Shown one piece after another: positions 1 through 10,103 of a stretch of 64,000 nt of DNA (positions are counted from its first letter, which is position 1; every line of letters starts with the position of its first letter). The notes under the pieces were generated by a model. That model had not been told where the DNA came from and did not search any database. It saw only the letters and a program-made list of their open reading frames with translations. Made by a program: the position numbers and the translations under genes. Origin of the DNA: an uncultured bacterium (GTDB taxonomy: Bacteria > Desulfobacterota_D > UBA1144 > Nemesobacterales > UBA2774); assembly GCA_963825135.1 (NCBI GenBank), contig CAWGRW010000009.1, positions 1,728,001-1,792,000 of the forward strand, given 5' to 3'.

Positions 1-1418
1 GGGATTCATGGAAGAAGGTCTGGACCGGCGTCTCGGGAGGCGGAGATTTTGAAACCTTCTGGAGCGGCGCGCTCGAAAAAGGCGGGATATACAGGGATAC
101 GACTCCCGTTCAGGTATCCGCGTCCGGAAATATTGCCGGAATGAGTTTTTCGGAGCCCGAATTTAAAGGGGACGGCGAATTTTATTTTATGGCCTACCCG
201 TCCTACAAATACTACGACGGCAGGGGGGCGAACAAGCCCTGGCTCCAGGAGCTGCCCGACGCCATCACTACGGGGGTCTGGGACTCATGGGTCGAGATAA
301 ACCCTGATACGGCCAAAAAGCTCGGAGTTAAACTCGGGGATTTCGTCAAGATAGATTCGCCTTACGGGACAATAGAGACGCAGGCTTATGTCTATCAGGG
401 AATAAGGCCGGATACGATCGCCGTGATGATCGGACAGGGCCATACGAGCTACGGCAGGTACGCGAAAGACAGGGGAGTAAACCCACTGTCGATTCTTCCC
501 GTTTCTACCGACAAGCTCACCGGCAGCCTTGCGTGGCTCACCACGAAAGTAAAGGCCTCAGGCACCGGAAGGAACGCGCAGTTCGTTCAGACGCAATACA
601 CGACGGATCAGCACGATAGGGAAGTGGCTCAGCTGGTAACGCTCACGCAGCTCGAGCAAGGCCTGCATAAAGAGGAAAACGAGGAGCCCGATTTTTACCC
701 GCCCGTGGAGTACGCCCGGTACCAGTGGGGCATGTCCATCGACCTCCAGAAATGCACCGGATGCGGCGCATGTATCACAGCCTGTTACGCGGAGAACAAT
801 ATCCCGTTTGTCGGCAAGGAGCTCGTGGCGAAAAGACGCGACATGGCCTGGCTCAGAATCGACAGGTTCTTCGAGAAATCGGACAACAAGGCCGGGTTCG
901 AGACTAGGTTCCTCCCGATGCTCTGCCAGCAGTGCAACAACGCTCCCTGCGAGCCCGTGTGCCCGGTATTTGCGACCTACCACAACCCGGAAGGGCTGAA
1001 CGGAATGGTTTATAACAGGTGCGTCGGGACCAGGTACTGTTCGAACAACTGCACATATAGCGTAAGGAAATTCAACTGGTTCTCGTACAAGCTTCCCGAA
1101 CCCCTCAACTGGCAGCTTAACCCCGACGTCACTGTCAGGGACAAGGGCGTCATGGAGAAATGTACATTCTGCATACAGAGGATTAATTTCGCCAAGGACC
1201 AGGCTAAGGACAAGGGCAGGGACGTGCAGGACGGAGAGTTCCAGGTCGCGTGCCAGCAGTCGTGTGCCTCGGGCGCGATCGTCTTTGGGAATTTAAAGGA
1301 TACGAACTCCGTAGTGTCAAAACTTTCCGGCGACGAAAGAGGTTATAAAGTGCTAAATCAGCTTAATACGAAGCCTAACATTACGTATCTAAAAAAAGTC
1401 AAATGGGATAAAGCATAA
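1..1418 (+). CDS. actB: Alternative complex III subunit ActB (molybdopterin-oxidoreductase-like domain plus Fe-S domain), 5'-truncated by the window edge
   Basis: Frame is open from base 3 into the 141..1418 ORF; molydopterin dinucleotide-binding-like region (ANKPWLQELPD...W..WVEINP) followed by CTGCGACITAC, CQQCNNAPC, CVGTRYCSNNC and KCTFC motifs; directly upstream of an nrfD-like gene. Confidence 0.92.
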   Translation, partial: DSWKKVWTGVSGGGDFETFWSGALEKGGIYRDTTPVQVSASGNIAGMSFSEPEFKGDGEFYFMAYPSYKYYDGRGANKPWLQELPDAITTGVWDSWVEINPDTAKKLGVKLGDFVKIDSPYGTIETQAYVYQGIRPDTIAVMIGQGHTSYGRYAKDRGVNPLSILPVSTDKLTGSLAWLTTKVKASGTGRNAQFVQTQYTTDQHDREVAQLVTLTQLEQGLHKEENEEPDFYPPVEYARYQWGMSIDLQKCTGCGACITACYAENNIPFVGKELVAKRRDMAWLRIDRFFEKSDNKAGFETRFLPMLCQQCNNAPCEPVCPVFATYHNPEGLNGMVYNRCVGTRYCSNNCTYSVRKFNWFSYKLPEPLNWQLNPDVTVRDKGVMEKCTFCIQRINFAKDQAKDKGRDVQDGEFQVACQQSCASGAIVFGNLKDTNSVVSKLSGDERGYKVLNQLNTKPNITYLKKVKWDKA

Positions 1419-2755
1419 TGAGTGAACAGAATTCATTGACTTATGCGAAAGTAAACGAAGATGTAATGCGGATGCTCGAAAAGCCGACCATAAAATGGCT
1501 CGCGCTTTTCCTGCCTGTCCTCGGTTTTGTGGGCTTCGGTATGTTTTGCTTCCTGTATCAGGTATATACCGGACTCGGTGTCGCGGGATACAGACACCCC
1601 GTTTTCTGGGGCGTTTACATTACGGACTTCGTTTTCTGGGTCGGTATCGCCCACTCGGGAACGCTCATATCGGCGATACTTTACCTTTTCAGGGCTAATT
1701 TCAGGGTTTCGATTTACAGGATTGCGGAGGCTATGACGGTTTTCGCAGTTTTGACTGCGGGGCTTTTCCCTATCATACACCTTGGGCGGCCCTGGTTTTT
1801 CTACTGGCTCTTCCCTTATCCGAACCAGCGGGAACTATGGGTGAATTTTAAATCCCCGCTCCTCTGGGACGTGTTCGCCGTCAGCACTTATCTTACCGTA
1901 AGCTCCGTGTTCTTTTTCGTCGGAATGATTCCCGACATAGCCGCGATCAGGGACAAGGTAAAAGAAGTACCCCGCAAGATCGCATACACGATACTATCGC
2001 TCGGATGGAAGGGGTCGAACTGGGAATGGCTCCACTATTCGAGGGCATATCTCTATTTCGCCGCGTTCGCGACACCGCTGGTTTTGTCGGTGCACAGCGT
2101 CGTATCATGGGACTTCGCGATGGCCGACCTGCCCGGGTGGCACACAACGATTTTCGCCCCCTATTTCGTAGCGGGGGCCATATTCTCGGGGCTCGGCATG
2201 GTTATAACGCTCACAATTCCGATAAGAAAAATCTTCGCGCTCGAGGATTACATAACGCTCGACAATTACGACGGCATGGCGAAGATGATAATTCTCACTT
2301 CGCTGATAGTCGGGTACGCGTACGGATGCGAGTTCTTCATGGCCTGGTACAGCGGAAACCCCTCGGAATGGGGCCAGTTTTATTACAGGGCGACCGGGCA
2401 GTACGCGCCCTTTTACTGGATAATGGTTGTCTGCAACGTGCTGATACCTATCCCGCTCTGGTTCAAGAGCGTGAGAAGGAATATCAAGGCATTATTCATC
2501 ATATCGATCTTCATCAACATCGGCATGTGGTTTGAAAGGTTTAATATCATCGTGATTTCGCTGTCCCGGGGCTTCGAGCCGGGGGCCTGGGGAATCTATA
2601 AAGTGTCCTGGGTCGAAATGGGTATTACAGTAGGCAGCTTCGCCTGGTTCTTCATGTTCTTTCTCCTTTTTATCAAGACACTGCCTGCTATATCTATTTC
2701 CGAGATAAAGGAAATTTTGCCTGTACCGAAAAAGGAGGCAAAACACCATGGATAA
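1418..2755 (+). CDS. actC: Alternative complex III quinol-binding subunit ActC (NrfD/PsrC family)
   Basis: Polytopic membrane protein with WGVYITDFVFWVGIAHSGTLIS, HLGRPW, SPLLWD and WHTTIFAPYFVAGAIFSG; start overlaps the actB stop. Confidence 0.93.
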   Translation: MSEQNSLTYAKVNEDVMRMLEKPTIKWLALFLPVLGFVGFGMFCFLYQVYTGLGVAGYRHPVFWGVYITDFVFWVGIAHSGTLISAILYLFRANFRVSIYRIAEAMTVFAVLTAGLFPIIHLGRPWFFYWLFPYPNQRELWVNFKSPLLWDVFAVSTYLTVSSVFFFVGMIPDIAAIRDKVKEVPRKIAYTILSLGWKGSNWEWLHYSRAYLYFAAFATPLVLSVHSVVSWDFAMADLPGWHTTIFAPYFVAGAIFSGLGMVITLTIPIRKIFALEDYITLDNYDGMAKMIILTSLIVGYAYGCEFFMAWYSGNPSEWGQFYYRATGQYAPFYWIMVVCNVLIPIPLWFKSVRRNIKALFIISIFINIGMWFERFNIIVISLSRGFEPGAWGIYKVSWVEMGITVGSFAWFFMFFLLFIKTLPAISISEIKEILPVPKKEAKHHG

Positions 2756-3257
2756 TCAGGGAGTCCTGGGGATATTCTCTTACGTCGATCTAACCGTTAA
2801 AGCCGTCAAGAAGCTTAAGGACGAGGGGTACAAGAACCTTCGTGTTTTTTCCCCCGTGCCTAACCACGAGATAGAAGACGCGATCGGAGAACCCGAGAGC
2901 ATCGTACGTTTCTTCACCCTGTTCGGCGCCATGCTGGGCGCGGCGTGCGGTGTCGGTTTTACGGTCCTTACGGCCTCGGATTGGCCTATTCCGGTGAGCG
3001 CGAAGCCGGTCGTATCGATACCCCCTTTCATCGTAATCATGTTCGAGCTCACTATTCTTATTGGTGCGCTTTCGACACTGCTGGGGTTGCTCATAAATTC
3101 ACGCCTCAGGCGGAACGCCCCTAGGAGCATGTATGATCCGAGGTTTACGTCGGACAAATTCGGCGTGATGGTTACCTGCGGTAAGGATAACGTGAAGAAG
3201 GTAGAAGAGATTCTAAATTCCCAGGGGGCTGAAGAAATAAAATTCGACGGTATCTAG
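2748..3257 (+). CDS. actD: Alternative complex III subunit ActD (DUF3341)
   Basis: FSPVP, two TM helices, FELTIL and YDPRFTSDKF; position in the operon. Confidence 0.88.
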   Translation: MDNQGVLGIFSYVDLTVKAVKKLKDEGYKNLRVFSPVPNHEIEDAIGEPESIVRFFTLFGAMLGAACGVGFTVLTASDWPIPVSAKPVVSIPPFIVIMFELTILIGALSTLLGLLINSRLRRNAPRSMYDPRFTSDKFGVMVTCGKDNVKKVEEILNSQGAEEIKFDGI

Positions 3258-3288
3258 CCGTCGCGGCCTCTCAGGAGGAAATGCGGGA

Positions 3289-3852
3289 ATGTCAGTGAAG
3301 AATATGAAATATTATACGATATTAATTGTGTTGTTGAGTCTGATGGGGACTTCGAAGGCGGGCGCATTCCCATGGAACTTCGATATGTACATTCAGCCGT
3401 CGATACTCCCCTATGAAGAGCCGATCCCGTATCCGCTGCTTTCGGTTACGACGACGGGTCTCAGGATCGAGCCTATGCCGAGGGCGGACTACGAGAGTCT
3501 CACGGTAAACCCCGTGCCCGCTTCGGAGCAGTCTCTCAAAAACGGGGAGAAGCTGTTCAATACGTACTGCATCGTCTGTCACGGGAAAGAGGCTAAGGGG
3601 GACGGACCCGTAATCAAGCGGGGTTTCTATCCGATGAACCTTACGACCCCGGCAGTTATAGCGAGGACCAACGGCTATATATACGCCTACATCAGATACG
3701 GCGGAAAGGTAATGATGCCGAGCTATAGAGAAAGCATCAGTTCGGACAGCGCATGGGACGTGGTCAATTACGTAAGGAAACTGCAGGGAAATCCGAACAC
3801 AGCGCCGGCTAAACCCCAGAACGGGAATACAGCAGAGGAGAAAGCCCAGTAA
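3289..3852 (+). CDS. actE: Alternative complex III monoheme cytochrome c ActE
   Basis: Signal peptide, single CIVCH heme motif, MMPSY axial Met, W.VVNYVRKLQ. Confidence 0.85.
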   Translation: MSVKNMKYYTILIVLLSLMGTSKAGAFPWNFDMYIQPSILPYEEPIPYPLLSVTTTGLRIEPMPRADYESLTVNPVPASEQSLKNGEKLFNTYCIVCHGKEAKGDGPVIKRGFYPMNLTTPAVIARTNGYIYAYIRYGGKVMMPSYRESISSDSAWDVVNYVRKLQGNPNTAPAKPQNGNTAEEKAQ

Positions 3853-3853
3853 T

Positions 3854-5098
3854 ATGGATCAGCATATAAGAGATGAAATACTTGCTAAAAGGTCGGGCAT
3901 ACCGACTTTAGGCATATACATATTTCTAATCATCGCCGTAATCGGTTTCGGCACGTTCATATCTCAGATTTTAGGGTCTGATCCGAAGAGCGCCTGGGAG
4001 ATATTTTTAATCAATTTCCTATTCTGGACCGGCATAGCGCAGGCGGGTGTGGTTTTTTCTTGCATACTCCGTATCACAAACGCCAGGTGGGCGAGACCGC
4101 TGCTCCGCGTGAGCGAGGGCCTTGGCTCGTTTCTGCCTATATCCCTGATTCTTCTCCTCGTGGTCTTCGCCGGGAGGGATTACATACTCCCTTATGCTAC
4201 GGAGCACTATCACCATCCGAAGGACGTATGGCTCAACATGAAGTTCGTATTCGGCCGTGACGTTATCGGATTCGTAGTCCTGCTTATCGTGAGCTCGTGC
4301 TACCTCTACTATTCCCTTAGACAGGACCTGGGAGGTGTGAGCCAGAAACTGAGCGGCCTCGCGGGATGGGTTTCCTCCGGATGGACCGGAGAGGAAGAGC
4401 GTAAGCGGATCTGGGTTAAGATAGGCAAATTCGCCCCGGCCGTGATTATATTATACGCCGTCGTCTTTAGCTGCTTTGCCTGGGATTTTATGATGTCGCT
4501 CGACCCGAACTGGTTCAGCACTCTATTCGGCCCGTTCTACTTCATGGGGAGCTTTGTCTCCGCGATCGGTACGACTATAATATTTTCGATACTCGTGAGG
4601 AGAAGGCTCGGCTTAGAGGATTATCTTAACGACAATCAGTATCACGACATAGGCAAGCTCCTTCAGGGCTTTTCGCTCTTCTGGGTTTACCTCTTTTTCT
4701 CGCAGTTCCTTCCGATATGGTACGCGAACATGCCCGAGGAGACGTCATTCGTAATCAAGAGGGTGCAGGAAGAGCCTTTCAGGTCGCTCGCATGGGCGGT
4801 GCTGACGTGCTGCTTCATTTTCCCTTTTATTTCCCTCCTTCCCAGGACGAACAAGGTGGTGAAGCCCATAGTCGTATTCATAGCTTCCGTATCCCTGACC
4901 GGGTTCTGGCTGGAAAAGTATGTGCTGATAATACCTTCACTATCGAATACCGTGGGAATAAGCTTAATGCAGATACTCATAACACTGGGTTTCCTGGGCG
5001 CATTCGTTATGACTTTCCTTATCTTCATGAGGACGTTTCCGTCAATACCTGTAGGTGACCCGTTCTTCGGCGGGAAATCCGGTTCTGGAGGACACTAA
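3854..5098 (+). CDS. actF: Alternative complex III membrane subunit ActF
   Basis: ActC-paralogous polytopic protein with WDFMMSLDPNWFSTLFG, HDIGKLL and QFLPIWYANMPEET. Confidence 0.88.
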   Translation: MDQHIRDEILAKRSGIPTLGIYIFLIIAVIGFGTFISQILGSDPKSAWEIFLINFLFWTGIAQAGVVFSCILRITNARWARPLLRVSEGLGSFLPISLILLLVVFAGRDYILPYATEHYHHPKDVWLNMKFVFGRDVIGFVVLLIVSSCYLYYSLRQDLGGVSQKLSGLAGWVSSGWTGEEERKRIWVKIGKFAPAVIILYAVVFSCFAWDFMMSLDPNWFSTLFGPFYFMGSFVSAIGTTIIFSILVRRRLGLEDYLNDNQYHDIGKLLQGFSLFWVYLFFSQFLPIWYANMPEETSFVIKRVQEEPFRSLAWAVLTCCFIFPFISLLPRTNKVVKPIVVFIASVSLTGFWLEKYVLIIPSLSNTVGISLMQILITLGFLGAFVMTFLIFMRTFPSIPVGDPFFGGKSGSGGH

Positions 5099-5241
5099 TG
5101 GACGAAAGACATTTGGATATGATATGTCAGGTGGCCGTCGCCGCTCTGTGTCTCGGCGTTGCGGGATTTATATCGCTTATCGCGAGCGTGGCCCTTTTCG
5201 GACCGCATATCGCGCCTCTTATGAATAAGCTCCCCTGGTAG
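5098..5241 (+). CDS. Small (47 aa) single-pass membrane protein at the end of the act operon
   Basis: TAATG stop/start overlap with actF and GGAGG upstream; MDERHLDMICQVAVAALCLGVAGFISLIASVALFGPHIAPLMNKLPW; too short for the ORF track. Confidence 0.65.
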   Translation: MDERHLDMICQVAVAALCLGVAGFISLIASVALFGPHIAPLMNKLPW

Positions 5242-5401
5242 CCGGGATCAGGCACGGACTCTCCCGTGCGCGCGGGACTTTCAAATACCGTCGCGCGTAA
5301 TCCGATTTTTCCATAGCCCCGGGAAATAATCCATTTGACATACCGCGTCATCCGGTGCAAAAATCATAAAGAACGCATTCTAATAACGTCAGGAGGTCAT
5401 C

Positions 5402-6250
5402 ATGGCTAAAAAACCGTCGGCTTCGGCAAAAGAAAACGGGACTAAACCCGCGAAAAAGAAAACCGGGCTAAAACTCACGTACATTCTCTATGAAAAGAAG
5501 GACAGGGTTGCGCGGGTGACGATTAACCGTCCGGAGGTGCGTAACGCCCTTAATTCGGAGGTCAGGGAGGAGCTTGCAATGGCCATTGAGGACGCGTGGC
5601 TCGACGATGAAATAGGGGTTATCGTCCTTACGGGCGCGGGCGGCAAGGCGTTTTCAGCCGGAGGGGACCTGTCCTGGATTGTCGATCCCAAGAAAAAGGT
5701 CGACGCAAAGTACATGCTAGTTCATTACAGGCTCGCGACGGCGATGAGGTGCTGCGGAAAACCGATTATCGCGCGGGTAGACGGTTATTGCGTCGGGGGT
5801 GGGAACGAGCTCAACATGCTCTGCGACCTTACGGTAGCTTCCGATACGTCGGTATTCGCGCAGGCGGGCCCGCTCGTGGGGAGTGCGCCCATATGGTACG
5901 GGCTCCAGCAGCTCCAGCATTCGGTCGGGGACAAGAAGGCGAGGGAGATCGTATACCTTTGCAACAGATACACGGCGCAGGAAGCCATGAACATGGGCTG
6001 GGTCAATAAGGTGGTGCCCCAGGATAAGCTAGACGAGGAAGTGGACGCATGGTGCCGGAGTCTTCTGGAGAAGAGCAGGCAGTCGCTCAGGATCGCGAAG
6101 CTGCAGATAAATTTCATATCCGATATGGCTTATCCTCAGATAACGCACGGGCTCGAGCTCGCGCGGTTCTTCATGAAGGCGCCCGAGATGGTAGAAGGCG
6201 CTACGGCGTTCCTCGAAAAGAGGAAGCCCGATTTCTGGGGCGTGGAATAA
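5402..6250 (+). CDS. Crotonase-family enzyme of the MenB/BadI/Oah-like branch
   Basis: INRPEVRNAL, AFSAGGD, GYCVGGGNEL, QAGPLVGS and C-terminal EG..AFLEKRKPDF. Confidence 0.8.
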   Translation: MAKKPSASAKENGTKPAKKKTGLKLTYILYEKKDRVARVTINRPEVRNALNSEVREELAMAIEDAWLDDEIGVIVLTGAGGKAFSAGGDLSWIVDPKKKVDAKYMLVHYRLATAMRCCGKPIIARVDGYCVGGGNELNMLCDLTVASDTSVFAQAGPLVGSAPIWYGLQQLQHSVGDKKAREIVYLCNRYTAQEAMNMGWVNKVVPQDKLDEEVDAWCRSLLEKSRQSLRIAKLQINFISDMAYPQITHGLELARFFMKAPEMVEGATAFLEKRKPDFWGVE

Positions 6251-6273
6251 TTATTCGTATTAAGGGGTGATCG

Positions 6274-6618
6274 ATGTCGAAAGAGGCGGAAATAAAGTTT
6301 CTGATAAAGCTCGACGATAATGGCGCGCCAGATGAGATATTCTGGAGCGCGAGCGATTCCGATCTCGAAGGCTTCGTGCCCTGCGATTCTCTCCTGATAT
6401 CGGTGTGGGACCGCTCGGAGAAGAATACGATGAGCGTCGATCTCTGGACTGACGACATGCAGGTGGGAGAGATGAACGCGCATTTCTATTTCACGCTGAT
6501 GAAGATGGCGGATACGTACGATAGAGCGACCAGCAACCGGGAGCTCTCGGACATGATAAGAAATTTCGCGGGCGAGTTCGCAAAGAGGGTTGAGGACTTC
6601 GCCGTGAAGCCCGGCTGA
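6274..6618 (+). CDS. gldC: GldC-family protein
   Basis: Pattern IKF.IKLD.N..P..I.W.ASD...LISVWD...DLWT.DM...EM..HFY.TL..MADTY.RAT recognised as GldC. Confidence 0.72.
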   Translation: MSKEAEIKFLIKLDDNGAPDEIFWSASDSDLEGFVPCDSLLISVWDRSEKNTMSVDLWTDDMQVGEMNAHFYFTLMKMADTYDRATSNRELSDMIRNFAGEFAKRVEDFAVKPG

Positions 6619-6634
6619 TATCCGGCCTCAATTT

Positions 6635-7564
6635 TCAGAAGGCCGATAACACCTCTCGCGCAAAGAATTTGAGCGTAGCGTGGTTCATGATATCAGAGAA
6701 GAATATCGTATACTTCGTTATCCCTTTCTCCTCGTTCTCTTCGATCTTCCTTATGCACTGGTCGGGTGTTCCGACTATGCCCAGTTTCTCCACGTCCCCG
6801 AAAAATCCGTACCTCATCTGAGCCTTGGGCAGCTTTTCGGCGAGCTCAGCTTTGTCTTTTGCGAGGACGCAAACCGTCTGCTGGGATATCTTGATATCGT
6901 CCGGGCTTCTGCCGACCGCACTGCAGTGTTTTTTTAGCACTTGGAGCTTTCTATCTATAGAGAGGGAGTGGTTCGCCGGGCAGTTCCACTCGTCAGCGTG
7001 CTCCGCTACGACCCTCAGGAGATGTTTTTCGCCGGCCCCTCCGATGATGACCGGGGGGTGGGGTTTCTGTACGGGCTTCGGGTTGCAGTAGGCGTCTTTG
7101 ATACGGTAATACCTTCCGTCGACGCCCGGCTTCTCTTCGGTCCAGAGAGCTTTTATGATTTTGACGGATTCGGCGAGCTGTTTTATTCTGGTCGCATGGT
7201 CCGGGAAATCATATCCGTATGCCCTGTATTCGGGCTCGAACCATCCGGCGCCTATCGCGAATTCGAGCCTGCCCATGCTTATAACGTCGAGGGTGGATGC
7301 CATTTTAGCGAGCAGGGCCGGGGGCCTGAACGAATTGCAGAGCACCATGGTGCCGAGCCTCACGTTCGATGTGACTGTGGAGAGGGCGGACATGAGAGTC
7401 CACGATTCGAATATATCCAGGTCGAGTTCCCCCATGCCTAGTATGTGGTCGTAGAACCAAACAGAGTGGTAGCCGAGCTCGTCGCAGAGCTCCGCCGTTT
7501 TTCTTATCTCCCCGAATTCAATCTTCTGCTGGCGCAGCATTACGCCGAAATCTATTCTGGGCAT
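6635..7564 (-). CDS. LLM-class (luciferase-like) flavin/F420-dependent oxidoreductase
   Basis: W.YDH, RLGTMVLCNSFRPPALLAKMASTLDVIS.GRLEFAIGAGW, PKPVQKPHPP and IGGAGEK. Confidence 0.9.
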   Translation of the reverse strand: MPRIDFGVMLRQQKIEFGEIRKTAELCDELGYHSVWFYDHILGMGELDLDIFESWTLMSALSTVTSNVRLGTMVLCNSFRPPALLAKMASTLDVISMGRLEFAIGAGWFEPEYRAYGYDFPDHATRIKQLAESVKIIKALWTEEKPGVDGRYYRIKDAYCNPKPVQKPHPPVIIGGAGEKHLLRVVAEHADEWNCPANHSLSIDRKLQVLKKHCSAVGRSPDDIKISQQTVCVLAKDKAELAEKLPKAQMRYGFFGDVEKLGIVGTPDQCIRKIEENEEKGITKYTIFFSDIMNHATLKFFAREVLSAF

Positions 7565-7717
7565 GTTTATTACCTCTCTCGCATTCGGGTTCCGGAAGAA
7601 TCACTTTAACAGAGTGCCGTCTGGGATTCAAATACGCCTCTCCGTTTCGCTCCCGTTTGACACCGGGTCTGAAATGCTATAATTTTAGTGCCCGATAAAG
7701 CAGGAGGAAGAAGGCAT

Positions 7718-8386
7718 ATGAAAAAAGGATTCTTACATTTATTCCCGGAAGCGAAACCTTTCCGGTTCCGCCGGGCGGCGGTTCTGTTTTTAGCCATACT
7801 GCTTATTCCGTCTCTGTTTCTTACGGCCGGGTGCAAGCAGGAGAACTCGAAGCAGGGTAAGAGTGAGAATATAAAAAGCGAAGCAGAAGGAGGCAACCCG
7901 GTGGTTATAATGTCGACATCGAAAGGGGATATAAAGATCGAGCTCTATAAGGACAAGGCTCCGATCACAGTCGAGAATTTTCTCGCGTACGCCAATGACG
8001 GGTTTTACAACGGGACTATCTTTCATCGAGTGATACCGAATTTCATGATCCAGGGAGGAGGGTTTACGCCCGACCTCAATCAGAAGCCTACGAAGCCCCC
8101 GATTAAAAACGAGGCAAAAAACGGGCTCAAGAACGAAAGGGGTACCCTGGCGATGGCGAGGACTCAGGTCGTGGACAGCGCCACTTCGCAATTCTTCATC
8201 AACCTGGTTGACAATAGCTTCCTCGATAACGGCATCAGGGACTACGGATACGCCGTGTTCGGCAAGGTAATCGACGGCATGAACGTAGTCGACAAGATAG
8301 CCGCGGTTGAGACAGGCAGCAAGGGTATGTACGGGGACGTGCCGCAGGAAGACGTAGTTATTACGTCGGTGAAGGTAGTCGAATAA
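7718..8386 (+). CDS. ppiA: Cyclophilin-type peptidyl-prolyl isomerase, probable lipoprotein
   Basis: [31 protein letters not shown] and YAVFGKV; LTAGC lipobox; ATG 7718 preferred over GTG 7688. Confidence 0.9.
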   Translation: MKKGFLHLFPEAKPFRFRRAAVLFLAILLIPSLFLTAGCKQENSKQGKSENIKSEAEGGNPVVIMSTSKGDIKIELYKDKAPITVENFLAYANDGFYNGTIFHRVIPNFMIQGGGFTPDLNQKPTKPPIKNEAKNGLKNERGTLAMARTQVVDSATSQFFINLVDNSFLDNGIRDYGYAVFGKVIDGMNVVDKIAAVETGSKGMYGDVPQEDVVITSVKVVE

Positions 8387-8397
8387 GCGAGACTAAC

Positions 8398-9042
8398 TCA
8401 ATAGCCGGGACCGGATGGATCAGGCTGAAGCACTCCCCTGAAGCTCACCCTGTGGATCGGACAGGGGCCGTACTTTCTGATAGCTTCCAGGTGCTCTTTC
8501 GTCGGATACCCCTTGTGCGACCTGAAATTATATTCGGGGTAGAGCTCGTGGTATTCGTCCATGATCTCGTCCCTCCTGACCTTGGCCACAATAGACGCAG
8601 CGGCGATCGAGCAGCACCTGGCGTCACCCCTTACGACTGTTTGCTGGGGAATGAGCAGGGAAGTCCTCTGATTCCCGTCGATCAGGAGGAAGTCGGGCCT
8701 TTTCTCGAGCTTGTTAACCGCTATCTCCATCGCAAGCAAAGAAGCCCTGAGTATGTTGATCCTGTCGATTTCCTGGTGTCCCACAATACCTATGGCAAGC
8801 GAGAGGGCGCTTGAGGCTATGCGGTCCAGCATTTCGACTCTTTGCCGATGGGTCAGTTTTTTGGAATCGTCGAGACCCTTGAGCGAGAATACTTCGGGAA
8901 GGATTACAGCCGCCGCCACTACGGGCCCCGCGAGAGGCCCTCTCCCGGCTTCATCTACCCCTGCGGGCGTCCTCCCCCCGGCCCAAATTCGTTTTTCCAT
9001 TTCGTGATCCGGGGGACTCATCTCCTCCTCCGTCAGCCCCAA
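8398..9042 (-). CDS. rnhB: Ribonuclease HII
   Basis: GVDEAGRGPLAGPVVAAAV, DSKKL, AASIVAKV.RD and HKGYPT. Confidence 0.96.
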   Translation of the reverse strand: MGLTEEEMSPPDHEMEKRIWAGGRTPAGVDEAGRGPLAGPVVAAAVILPEVFSLKGLDDSKKLTHRQRVEMLDRIASSALSLAIGIVGHQEIDRINILRASLLAMEIAVNKLEKRPDFLLIDGNQRTSLLIPQQTVVRGDARCCSIAAASIVAKVRRDEIMDEYHELYPEYNFRSHKGYPTKEHLEAIRKYGPCPIHRVSFRGVLQPDPSGPGY

Positions 9043-9104
9043 GCCCTGTTGTTTTAAGTTGACGCGGCGACACTCGATACTCTAGCTATCTGAAAAAGAC
9101 TATT

Positions 9105-9983
9105 TCAATTGATGATCCCGTAATCCGTGAGCGCTTTCTTGAGCTCAAGGTAATTATGCTCCGACATCCGGCAGAGGGGATACCTGTATTCGTAGGCGAT
9201 TCTATCCATCATGCTGAGAGCGGCTTTGACCGGGATGGGGTTTGTTTCGATAAAGAGCGCGTCGTTCAGGGGGAGGAGCCGGTAGTGCAGGTCCCTTGCC
9301 TTGTCGAACTCTCCCCTGATATACAATTCGTAGAGATCGGCCACGTCCCTTGGGGCTACGTTCGCGGTTACGGTTATGAACCCCCTGGCGCCTATAGCCA
9401 GGAGCGGGAAATTCAGCGCGTCCTCTCCCGAATAGAGCAGAAAGTCCTTACCGCAGAGGTAAAGTATCTTGCTCGCCTGCGTGAGCGACCCCGAAGCTTC
9501 CTTCACCCCGATTATATTCTTACAGTCTTTTGCGAGTCTCAATATTGTTTCGGGGTTCATGTTGACGCCCGACCTCCCCGGGATGTTGTAGAGAATAAGC
9601 GGGATGCGGACCTGTGAGGCTATCTGCTTGAAATGGAGATATAGCCCTTCCTGTGTAGGCTTGTTGTAGTAGGGCACGACCAGGAGGGCGGCGTCCGCCC
9701 CTATCTGCTCCGCGAACCTCGTCAGCCTGATTGCTTCTTTAGTGCTGTTAGAGCCCGTCCCCGCTATTACAGGGACTCGCTTTTTTACGGTTTTTACGGT
9801 TAACTCGATGACGTATTCGTGCTCTTCGTGCGACAGGGTAGGCGACTCTCCGGTAGTTCCGCACGGCACGATGCCGTGAGTGCCGTTTTCGATCTGGAAT
9901 TCGATAAGCTTCTTGAGCGCGTCTTCATCGATCGTGTCATTTTTAAAGGGAGTAACTATGGCGACCAGTGAGCCGTGAATCAT
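9105..9983 (-). CDS. dapA: 4-hydroxy-tetrahydrodipicolinate synthase
   Basis: GTTGES, PYYNKP, LYNIPGR, GVKEASG and ETNPIPVK. Confidence 0.96.
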   Translation of the reverse strand: MIHGSLVAIVTPFKNDTIDEDALKKLIEFQIENGTHGIVPCGTTGESPTLSHEEHEYVIELTVKTVKKRVPVIAGTGSNSTKEAIRLTRFAEQIGADAALLVVPYYNKPTQEGLYLHFKQIASQVRIPLILYNIPGRSGVNMNPETILRLAKDCKNIIGVKEASGSLTQASKILYLCGKDFLLYSGEDALNFPLLAIGARGFITVTANVAPRDVADLYELYIRGEFDKARDLHYRLLPLNDALFIETNPIPVKAALSMMDRIAYEYRYPLCRMSEHNYLELKKALTDYGIIN

Positions 9984-10103
9984 ATAAAGCCTCCTTCTTA
10001 GGATTGCTTTTCATTATATTGAAGCTGCCGTGTAAATCAAGGAATCGACCCCTCGGATCGATAAGAGCGTCGGAGATCGGATTTTCTCCGGCATACGGTT
10101 TTG

